This document shows, piece by piece, positions 18,151 through 28,913 of a stretch of DNA of 32,000 nucleotides (its first letter is position 1; each line of letters begins with the position of its first letter). This DNA is from Erysipelotrichaceae bacterium. GTDB taxonomy: Bacteria > Bacillota_I > Bacilli_A > Erysipelotrichales > Erysipelotrichaceae. Under the pieces are notes generated by a model. The model searched no databases. It was given only the letters and a program-made list of their open reading frames with translations, and was not told where the DNA came from. The stretch is from contig OY760660.1 of the NCBI GenBank assembly GCA_963663995.1, positions 1,410,001 to 1,442,000 on the forward strand, given 5' to 3'. The translations under genes were made by a program, and so were the position numbers.

Positions 18151-18285
18151 TTATGCCGACAAAACCACTCTGCCTCTGGCACGGCGACGGGCCAAAACTT
18201 TACGACCGCCGACTGTTTTCATTCGGGCTCTGAAACCATGGACCTTTTGGTGTTTTCTTTTGCTCGGTTGATACGTTCTCTTCAT
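18151..18285 (-). CDS. rpmH: 50S ribosomal protein L34
   Basis: Missing from the ORF track because it is shorter than 60 aa. My translation of the minus strand is [44 protein letters not shown] (44 aa), a canonical L34. SD ggaggtgg upstream. The listed plus-strand ORF 18145..18333 is its antisense shadow. Confidence 0.97.
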   Translation of the reverse strand: MKRTYQPSKRKHQKVHGFRARMKTVGGRKVLARRRARGRVVLSA

Positions 18286-18332
18286 AAGAGCCACCTCCAG
18301 TTCTATCTTTATATATTGAGCAATGCTACTTG

Positions 18333-18361
18333 ATTATAACGATATGCTTTGTATAAGTCAA
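18333..18361 (-). promoter_or_regulatory. Putative sigma-A promoter of rpmH
   Basis: Minus strand reads TTGACT (18361-18356), a 17-nt spacer, then TATAAT (18338-18333). Confidence 0.6.
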
Positions 18362-18374
18362 TAAAAGCTTTCTT

Positions 18375-18765
18375 TTATCCTAATATATATAATAATTGCC
18401 TGTTTCCTAAAAATTTTCACTTATCCCCAATCACCAATGAGTTATAATAGATTTCCACAGATTTTATTGTGGATAAGTCACAAAAATATACACAATAATA
18501 TGAAAACATTTATCAACGATATGTTTGATTGTGGAAAACTCATAAAAACCCTTATATAAAGGCATTATTTACACTTATTGTGTGTTAAGAACTAATATTT
18601 AATATCATACCTTATCCACATTGTTTATAAATTGTTGATTGTGTATAAGTTTTACACGATTCACAATCCACTAAAAGTTGTGGATAACTGTGGATAAGTG
18701 GTTTAAACACCTTTATGTAAACGCTTTTTTAAAACTTACTTTTGTGCATAAGTATGTGGATTCAA
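18375..18765. other. oriC: oriC, upstream DnaA-box cluster (rpmH-dnaA intergenic)
   Basis: Four perfect TTATCCACA boxes: 18468-18476(-), 18612-18620(+), 18678-18686(-) and 18688-18696(-). One-mismatch boxes: 18421-18429 TTATCCCCA, 18530-18538 TGTGGAAAA, 18650-18658 TGTGTATAA and 18743-18751 TGTGCATAA. All lie in a 540-bp non-coding AT-rich spacer. Confidence 0.9.
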
Positions 18766-18825
18766 AAATTGGTATGGAATGTAAGGATTTTCATGTTTAA
18801 AATGTAAACACTAGAAGGATGCTGT

Positions 18826-20166
18826 ATGACGGGGATTGAATATTATTACAATGATGTATGGTCAAAAACAAAAGACCTCTTAAAAAACGATACTTCCATT
18901 GGAAAGTTAGTTTATGATACTTATTTTGAGAATTCAAAATTAATCTTTTTAAACGAACAAAGAGCAGTTGTTGAAGTACCAACCAATTTAGAAAAAATGA
19001 TTTTGTCTCAAAAAACCGATTTAATTGAGGCTCTTTTAAGTATAAATTTAGATCATCAAGTACAAGTAGAAATACAACTTTTAGATGATACAAGCGATTT
19101 TTCAATCGCTAAACCAACAATTTATGATGATAGTGTCTTAACAGAATATACTTTTGATAATTTTATTGTTGGTCCAAGTAATAAAGAAGCTCACTCAGCG
19201 GCTTTAGCTTGTGCTTATACACCAGGAAAATTTTATACACCACTCTTTATTTATGGAAATTCTGGCTTAGGAAAAACCCATTTATTAAATGCAGTTGGTA
19301 ACTATATTAAAGAAAATGATTCATCTAAGAATGTTTTTTATACATCTACAATGGATTTTGTGACAATGGTTGTTAATTCTATCAAAAACGGAAGTATTGA
19401 TGAATTTAAACAAAAAATGAATAAATTAGATGTATTGCTTATGGATGATATTCAATTTATTGCAGGTAAAGAAAAATCACATGAAGTATTTTTCACTATA
19501 TTTAATGAGTTAGTAAATCATCGTAAACAAATTGTTTTAACAAGTGATCGATCACCAGCTGAAATAAAAGGTTTAGAAGAGCGACTAATTAGTCGATTTG
19601 CTTCTGGTTTATCTGTTGGTTTAGATTCTCCTGAATTTGAAACCTCTTTAGCTATTTTAAAATTTAGATTAGAAACACAATCTGTTGATCCAAATTTCGT
19701 AACCGATGAGGCATTAGCTTATATTGCGACTAATTTTTCTAAAGATGTTCGAAATTTAGAAGGTGCATTAAATCGTTTACTCTTTTATTCAATTAATTTC
19801 AATAATGGACAAATGATTGATTTCAAAGTAGCTTTAAATGCATTCAAGAGCACACGTGGGACGAGTGATAATAATGAAATTACAGTTAATAAGATTAAAA
19901 GAGTTGTTGCTGATTATTATGGTTTAACAAAACTGCAGTTAGTTTCAAATTCTCGTACCAAAAATATTGCGAGTGCTAGACATATTGCAATGTATTTTTC
20001 TAGAAAATGCCTAGACTTACCTTTTGTTAAAATAGGTGAAGAATTTGGAAAAAGAGATCATTCAACGGTCATAAATGCTTGTGAAAGAGTCGAAACATCA
20101 ATTAAAAAAGATAATAACTATAGACAAGCAATTATTGAGTTAGAAAATTTAATTAATAAAACTTAA
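18826..20166 (+). CDS. dnaA: Chromosomal replication initiator protein DnaA
   Basis: 446-aa ORF with AAA+ Walker A (GNSGLGKTHLL), Walker B (LLMDDIQF), sensor motifs, and the C-terminal DnaA-box binding helix (IASARHIAMYFSRKCLDLPFVKIGEEFGKRDHSTV). Confidence 0.98.
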   Translation: MTGIEYYYNDVWSKTKDLLKNDTSIGKLVYDTYFENSKLIFLNEQRAVVEVPTNLEKMILSQKTDLIEALLSINLDHQVQVEIQLLDDTSDFSIAKPTIYDDSVLTEYTFDNFIVGPSNKEAHSAALACAYTPGKFYTPLFIYGNSGLGKTHLLNAVGNYIKENDSSKNVFYTSTMDFVTMVVNSIKNGSIDEFKQKMNKLDVLLMDDIQFIAGKEKSHEVFFTIFNELVNHRKQIVLTSDRSPAEIKGLEERLISRFASGLSVGLDSPEFETSLAILKFRLETQSVDPNFVTDEALAYIATNFSKDVRNLEGALNRLLFYSINFNNGQMIDFKVALNAFKSTRGTSDNNEITVNKIKRVVADYYGLTKLQLVSNSRTKNIASARHIAMYFSRKCLDLPFVKIGEEFGKRDHSTVINACERVETSIKKDNNYRQAIIELENLINKT

Positions 20167-20300
20167 TTTTATCAACATCAATCCACTATCAATAAACAGC
20201 AAAAAAATGATAAAATACACTTATATTAAAGGGTTTTAAAGAGTTATACACATTATCAACACCCTTAATAATAATAATTACTCTAAATAATAACTAGGAG
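20167..20300. other. oriC: oriC, downstream part (dnaA-dnaN spacer): DnaA-box-like 9-mers plus an AT-rich candidate unwinding element
   Basis: One-mismatch boxes TTATCAACA at 20169-20177, and abutting TTATACACA 20244-20252 plus TTATCAACA 20253-20261. These are followed by CCC, then TAATAATAATAA (20266-20277) and a further A/T-only run up to the dnaN SD. Confidence 0.7.
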
Positions 20301-20308
20301 GCTAGTTC

Positions 20309-21430
20309 ATGAATTTCAAAATTTCAAAACGCGTATTCTTCAATGCTTTATCGGTTGTTAGCCGTGCGATTTCGGCAAATTCACCATTACCATGGCTATC
20401 AGGTGTAAAGATTGATGTTAAATCAGATCACATTACATTAACTGGTAGTGACTCTGATGTATCTATTCAAAAAGTTTTAGAAAAATCTAATAGTGATTCA
20501 GTTTTTGAAATTCTTGAAGAAGGCTCAATTGTTATTGAAGCAAAATATATTTTAGAAATCGTAAGAAAAATCGATGCTGATGAAATTTCATTAGAAGTTA
20601 TTGATGGTTCACTTACAAAAATTAGTGGTCACTCAGCTGAATTTAATATTAATGGTATGAAAGCGAGTGATTATCCAGATATTGATTTTGCAAAACCAAG
20701 CACAGAATTAAGTATCCCAGCTGATCGTTTACTTAAATTAATCACTCAAACTAGTTTTGCGACAAGTGATAAAGAAACACGTCCAGTTTTAACAGGTGTT
20801 AATTTTAAAGCGGAAGGTAGCCAATTAGAATGTGTCGCTACCGACTCATTTAGATTAGCTAAAAAAGTTATTGATTTAGCTAGTCCTCAAAATTTTAATA
20901 TTACTATTCCAGCAAAATCATTAGGTGAAGTTGCTAAGACAATTGAAAAAGATGAAGAAGTTGTTGTTTGTGTAAGTGATAAGAAAGCACAATTTTGGTT
21001 TGATGATACCGTTATTCAAACTCGATTAATTGATGGTTTATATCCTGAAACTTCACGTTTAATTCCAACTGAATTTAATTATGAATTAACAATGGACTCT
21101 CGTGATTTACTAAATGCGATTGATCGTGCTTCATTTATTAAAAGTGAAGGTATTTCAATTATTAAATTAAGTGCTAGTCAAAACGATATTATGATCTCTA
21201 CAAAATCCCAAGAAGTTGGATCATCAAGAGAAAAACTAAGTCCAATCAAATATACTGGCAGTCCATTAGAAATTTCATTTAGTGGTCGTTATGTTTTTGA
21301 TGCTGTGCGTGTTTTAAATGGTTCGGTTATTAAAATTTCCTTTACTGGAGAGATGAAACCATTCATCATTAAAAACGCTGAAGATGACTCAATTTTACAA
21401 CTGATTTTGCCAGTCAGAACATACTCATAA
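20309..21430 (+). CDS. dnaN: DNA polymerase III beta sliding clamp
   Basis: 373-aa ORF with the typical N-terminus MNFKISKRVFFNALSVVSRAIS and the three-domain clamp length. SD aggagg upstream. Synteny after dnaA. Confidence 0.97.
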   Translation: MNFKISKRVFFNALSVVSRAISANSPLPWLSGVKIDVKSDHITLTGSDSDVSIQKVLEKSNSDSVFEILEEGSIVIEAKYILEIVRKIDADEISLEVIDGSLTKISGHSAEFNINGMKASDYPDIDFAKPSTELSIPADRLLKLITQTSFATSDKETRPVLTGVNFKAEGSQLECVATDSFRLAKKVIDLASPQNFNITIPAKSLGEVAKTIEKDEEVVVCVSDKKAQFWFDDTVIQTRLIDGLYPETSRLIPTEFNYELTMDSRDLLNAIDRASFIKSEGISIIKLSASQNDIMISTKSQEVGSSREKLSPIKYTGSPLEISFSGRYVFDAVRVLNGSVIKISFTGEMKPFIIKNAEDDSILQLILPVRTYS

Positions 21431-21439
21431 AACAAGCAA

Positions 21440-21467
21440 ACACCCTTTATAAAAGGGTGTTTTTTTA
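21440..21467 (+). terminator. Intrinsic terminator after dnaN
   Basis: acacccttt-ata-aaagggtgt (9-bp stem) followed by a T-run. Confidence 0.85.
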
Positions 21468-21476
21468 TGGTATAAT
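21468..21476 (+). promoter_or_regulatory. Extended -10 promoter element (TGgTATAAT) for yaaA-recF-gyrB-gyrA
   Basis: Read directly, 34 nt upstream of the yaaA ATG and immediately after the dnaN terminator. Confidence 0.5.
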
Positions 21477-21509
21477 TAGCGTGTGTTTGTGTAAGAAAGA
21501 AGGCATAAA

Positions 21510-21709
21510 ATGGTCCGTATTACAACGCCTTATGTTACCTTAGGACAAGTCCTAAAAATGTTGGATTATATCTCCTCTGGTGGTGAAGCAAAACATGCGG
21601 TAAAAGAGTTAGATATTCAAGTAAATGGAGAAGCTGAAGATCGTCGAGGTCGTAAACTTTATCCTGGCGATGAAGTTGTTATCGAGGGTAATCATCATAA
21701 AATCGAAAA

Positions 21710-21713
<4 letters not shown>
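21510..21713 (+). CDS. yaaA: S4-like RNA-binding protein YaaA
   Basis: 67-aa ORF (ITLGQVLKMLDYISSGGEAKHAVKELDIQVNGEAEDRRGRKLYPGDEV), the conserved small S4-domain gene between dnaN and recF in Bacillota. Confidence 0.85.
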
Positions 21714-24713
<3,000 letters not shown>

Positions 24714-24722
24714 AGGTGTTAT

Positions 24723-27208
24723 ATGGAAGAAAAACAATTTGATCGTATAAAAGATATAAATATCTCCTCTGAAATGAAAACATCCTTTTTGGATTATGCG
24801 ATGAGCGTTATTGTTCAACGTGCTTTGCCAGATGTTAAGGATGGTTTAAAACCTGTACATCGTCGTATTTTATATGCGATGAATGATTTAGGCATGACTT
24901 CAGATAAACCATTTAAAAAAATCTGCTCGTATTGTAGGGGATGTTATTGGTAAATACCACCCACATGGTGATACAGCTGTCTATGACACAATGGTTCGTA
25001 TGGCTCAAGATTTCTCATATCGATATATGTTAGTTGATGGCCATGGTAACTTTGGTTCTATTGACGGTGATGGTGCAGCGGCTATGCGTTATACCGAAGC
25101 ACGTATGTCTAAAATTGCGATGGAAATCGTTCGTGATATCAATAAAGACACGATTGATTTTCAAGATAACTATGATGGGGAAGAACAAGAACCAGTAGTT
25201 CTACCTTCTCGTTTTCCTAATGTCTTAGTCAATGGGGCAACAGGTATTGCGGTAGGTATGGCAACCAACATTCCACCCCACAACTTAAATGAAACTATTG
25301 ATGCGGCACTCGCAATCATGGATAATCCTGAAATAACTATTTTGGAATTGATGGAATCTTATATTCAAGGTCCTGATTTCCCTACTGGAGCTTTTATTTT
25401 AGGACGTGCAGGCATTCGCCAAGCTTTTGAAACAGGACGTGGATCGGTAGTGATGAGATCTCGCATTGAAACAGAAGAAATGGCTAATGGTAAAACACGA
25501 TTTATAGTTACTGAAATACCATATCAAGTTAATAAGTCGGTTATGATTGAGAAAATCGCTCATTTAGTACGAGAAAAAGAAATTGATGGTATCACTGATT
25601 TACGTGATGAATCAAATAGAAATGGTATAAGAATTGTCATCGAATTAAGAAGAGATGTTCAAAGTGAAGTTATATTAAATCAACTTTATAGAATGACTCA
25701 ATTACAATCTACTTTTGGTGTAAATATGTTGGCTTTGGTAAACAACACACCAAAACAATTAAATTTAAAAGAAATTTTAGAGTTTTATATTGAACATCAA
25801 ATCGATGTTATTAGACGTCGTACTGAATATGATTTAAGAAAAGCTCAAGAAAGAGCTCATATTTTAGAAGGATTACGTATCGCTTTAGATAATATCGATC
25901 GTATTATCGCACTTATTCGTGGAAGTAAAGATGATAGCGAAGCTATGTCTGGATTACAATCAGAGTTTGGTTTAAGCGAAATTCAAGCTAAAGCTATACT
26001 TGATATGCGTTTTAGACGTTTAACTGGTTTAGAACGTGAGAAAATCGAAGATGAATATCAAGGTTTGATGGTACAAATCGCTGATTACTTAGATATACTT
26101 GCGAAACCTGAACGTGTACGTGAAATTATTCGTGATGAAATGAGCGAGATTAAACGTCGATTCGGTGATGAAAGACGTTCTGAAATCATTGAATCTGATT
26201 ATGATTTTGAAGATGAAGATCTTATTCCAAAAGAAGATATCGTTATAACTATGACTTTAGGTGGTTATATTAAACGTACTACCGTAGATACTTACCGCAC
26301 TCAAAATAGAGGTGGTAAAGGTGTTAAAGGGATGACGGTTAATCAAGATGATATCATTGATCAATTCATAACTATGAATACTCATGATTACTTATTGTTG
26401 TTTACAAATAGGGGTCGTGTCTTTAGGTTAAAGGGTTATCGAGTACCTAACGCAAGTCGCACTGGCAAAGGATTGCCGGTTGTTAACTTGATTCAAATGA
26501 ATCCTGGAGAGAAAGTTAAGTCGCTCGTTTCCATCAAAGCTGAATCTGATGGTGAATATCTATTCTTTGTGACCAAACAAGGTATTGTTAAACGTGTTCA
26601 TGTCAGTGAATTTGAATCAATTCGCCAAACAGGTAAGATTGCTATTGGGTTAAAAGAAGAGGATGAACTCTTAACAGTTAAACTAACAACTGGTAATAAT
26701 GAAATTATTATTGCTGGGGCTAATGGTAAAGCAGTTCGTTTCAATGAAAATGATGTTCGTGCTATGGGTCGTACTGCAAGTGGTGTGCGTGGGTTTAACA
26801 TAGATGCAAGTACTGCTGTAGGTGCGGCAACCGATAAAGAAGGTATGTATATCTTATCAATTACCGAGAATGGTTATGGTAAGAAAACAGAACTTGATGA
26901 ATATCGACTTACAAGTCGCGGCGCCAAAGGTGTTAAAAACAATTAATATTACTGATAAAAATGGACCTTTAGTAGAACTTAAAGCTGTAAATGGTGATGA
27001 GGATCTATTAATGGTTACGGATGCAGGTGTTATTATTCGGATTTCTTTAGAGAATGTTGGTGTTTATAGTCGTTCGACTCAAGGTGTACGATTAATCAAT
27101 GTTTCAGATGAACAAAAACTCAGTACTGTAGCTGTTGTTCAAAAAGAAGAAGACGAAGAAGAGAGCTTAGAATCAGAAAATACAACTATAAAAGAAAGTG
27201 TTGAATAA
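24723..27208 (+). pseudogene. gyrA: DNA gyrase subunit A, reading frame interrupted twice (one extra A in the A-runs at 24915-24921 and 26935-26939). Either a homopolymer sequence error or a genuinely frameshifted or recoded gene
   Basis: Three consecutive track ORFs (24723..24953, 24991..26946, 26822..27208) together make a collinear GyrA of about 827 aa. Fragment 1 ends ...MTSDKPFKK. The +1 frame continues [31 protein letters not shown] (QRDR), then the catalytic AMRYTEARM. Fragment 2 ends ...RGAKGVK, and the +1 frame continues [17 protein letters not shown]... through to the acidic tail. The stop codon lies inside a strong terminator hairpin. Confidence 0.9.
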
Positions 27209-27225
27209 ACACTTTCTTTTCTTTT
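27194..27225 (+). terminator. Intrinsic terminator after gyrA
   Basis: gaaagtgtt-gaata-aacactttc (9-bp stem, with the gyrA TAA overlapping the loop and 3' arm) followed by ttttctttt. Confidence 0.8.
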
Positions 27226-27226
27226 C

Positions 27227-27255
27227 TTGAAATTAATCACAAGACTAAGTAAAAT
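27227..27255 (+). promoter_or_regulatory. Putative sigma-A promoter of the serS leader
   Basis: TTGAAA (27227-27232), a 17-nt spacer, then TAAAAT (27250-27255). Confidence 0.55.
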
Positions 27256-27261
27256 AGTGAT

Positions 27262-27462
27262 AAATCGATGAAGGGACTAATCGATATTTGTTCTTGTATA
27301 GAGAGACACTGAATTGGTGAAAGGTGTACTACAATGTTCGAATTCCATCCCAGAGAGAGAAAATCCGGTAGGTCCGTTATCCCTTTGAGTGATAATGTTT
27401 CACGTGAAACATTATAATTAGGGTGGCAACACGATCAATCGTCCCTGAATAGGGCTTTTTTT
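27262..27462 (+). promoter_or_regulatory. T-box riboswitch leader of serS (Ser-specific, inferred)
   Basis: Stem-I motifs AGAGAG ... GGTGAAAGG, a 22-nt stem III palindrome (27393-27414), and the T-box core AATTAGGGTGGCAACACG (27416-27433). The antiterminator is AGGG/CCCT plus ACGA/TCGT with a UGGCAAC bulge, followed by a T7 tract (27456-27462). The candidate specifier is UCC at 27344-27346, followed by A. Confidence 0.85.
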
Positions 27463-27484
27463 ATGTTTAAGGAGAAACAGAAAA

Positions 27485-28774
27485 ATGTTAGATATTAATT
27501 TAATTAGAGAAAATGCTGACGTAGTCAAAGAAAATATTAAAAAGAAATTTCAAGACGATAAATTAAGTTTAGTAGATGAAGTTTTTGAGTTAGATAAAGA
27601 ATATCGCGCTACAAAAACAAAAGCAGATGATTTACGAGGACAAAGAAATAAGTTAAGCAAAGAGATTGGCATCTTAATGAGCCAAGGTAAAAAAGAAGAA
27701 GCTGAAGCTATAAAAAAACAAGTTCAAGAAATCGCAAAAGAACTAAGTTCACTAGAAGCAAACGAAGAACCTTTAATGACTAAAATCCGTGAAAGGATGA
27801 TGGTTATTCCAAATATTATTGATGATTCAGTTCCTTTAGGTAAAGATGATTCTGAAAATGTTGAACGTTATAGAGTGGGTGAAGCGGTTGTTAAAGCATT
27901 TGATGTTCCATATCACGTTGATATTATGGAAAGTTTAAATGGTATTGATTTAGATAGTGCGCGCAAAGTAAGTGGTAATGGTTTTTATTATCTAATGGGT
28001 GATATCGCACGTCTGCATTCAGGAATTTTGAGCTATGCACGTGATTTCATGATAGACAAAGGTTTTGATTATGTAATCCCACCTTATATGATCCGTTCTG
28101 ATGTAGTAACAGGTGTTATGAGCTTCGCTGAAATGGAAAATATGATGTATAAGATAGAAGGCGAAGATCTTTATCTTATCGGAACTAGCGAACATTCAAT
28201 GATTGGAAAATTTATTGATAACATTTTAGATGAAGAAAAACTTCCTTATCTTTTTACAAGTTACTCACCATGCTTTAGAAAAGAAGTTGGAGCTCATGGA
28301 ATTGAAGAAAGAGGTACATATCGAATTCATCAATTTGAAAAACAAGAGATGATTGTTGTTTGTAAACCAGAAGATTCAATGAAATATTTTGAACAACTCT
28401 ACAAGAACTCAGTTGAATTCTTTACTTCAATAGATGTACCAGTTCGTGTCTTAGAGTGTTGTTCAGGGGATTTAGCAGATCTAAAGTCAAAATCTGTTGA
28501 TGTAGAAGCTTGGAGTCCAAGACAACAGAAATATTTTGAAGTTGGAAGTTGTTCAAATTTAACTGATGCACAAGCAAGACGTTTACAAATTCGCGTACAA
28601 GGTGGTGATGGTAAAAAGTATTTCGCTCATACTTTAAACAACACTGTAGTTGCGCCTCCTAGAATGTTAATTGCTTTCTTAGAAAACAATCTACAAGAAG
28701 ATGGAACGGTTTTAATTCCGAAAGCATTACAAATGTATATGGGTGGAAAAGACAAACTTGTTCCTAAAAAATAG
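27485..28774 (+). CDS. serS: Seryl-tRNA synthetase
   Basis: 429-aa ORF with an N-terminal coiled-coil tRNA-binding arm and class II motifs (FRKEVGAHG...RIHQFEKQEM; GSCSNLTDAQARRL; HTLNNTVVAPPR). SD aaggag upstream. Confidence 0.97.
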   Translation: MLDINLIRENADVVKENIKKKFQDDKLSLVDEVFELDKEYRATKTKADDLRGQRNKLSKEIGILMSQGKKEEAEAIKKQVQEIAKELSSLEANEEPLMTKIRERMMVIPNIIDDSVPLGKDDSENVERYRVGEAVVKAFDVPYHVDIMESLNGIDLDSARKVSGNGFYYLMGDIARLHSGILSYARDFMIDKGFDYVIPPYMIRSDVVTGVMSFAEMENMMYKIEGEDLYLIGTSEHSMIGKFIDNILDEEKLPYLFTSYSPCFRKEVGAHGIEERGTYRIHQFEKQEMIVVCKPEDSMKYFEQLYKNSVEFFTSIDVPVRVLECCSGDLADLKSKSVDVEAWSPRQQKYFEVGSCSNLTDAQARRLQIRVQGGDGKKYFAHTLNNTVVAPPRMLIAFLENNLQEDGTVLIPKALQMYMGGKDKLVPKK

Positions 28775-28788
28775 TTTCACGTGAAACA

Positions 28789-28817
28789 TTGTTGTATTAG
28801 AAAAGATTATGTATAAT
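28789..28817 (+). promoter_or_regulatory. Putative promoter of ffs
   Basis: TTGTTG (28789-28794), a 17-nt spacer, then TATAAT (28812-28817), about 6-8 nt before the SRP RNA 5' helix. Confidence 0.55.
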
Positions 28818-28821
28818 ATAA

Positions 28822-28908
28822 AAGCTGCCGCAATGCAAACCATCGAACCAGGTCAGGGTCGGAAGACAGCAGCCTTAAGTGGCTCTAGCATGTGCGGTGG
28901 CCTTTTTT
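28822..28908 (+). ncRNA. ffs: Small (4.5S-type) signal recognition particle RNA
   Basis: Conserved domain IV reads AACCAGGTCAGGGTCGGAAGACAGCAGCC, with a GGAA tetraloop and the symmetric-loop AGCAGCC and CAGG motifs. It is closed by pairing of 5' GCTGCCGCAATGC with 3' GCATGTGCGGTGGC, and ends in a T6 tract. The ends are approximate (+/-5 nt). Confidence 0.88.
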
Positions 28909-28913
28909 ATAAA

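Noticed and set aside
18145-18333. A 62-aa plus-strand ORF
   Set aside because: It is the exact antisense shadow of rpmH (L34), whose 44-aa minus-strand translation is canonical.
28809-28913. The 35-codon N-terminal extension of the tadA ORF (MYNIKAAAMQTIEPGQGRK...)
   Set aside because: Its start codon lies in a TATAAT promoter box and the extension is collinear with the SRP RNA. TadA homologues begin at the MKHEEYM position.
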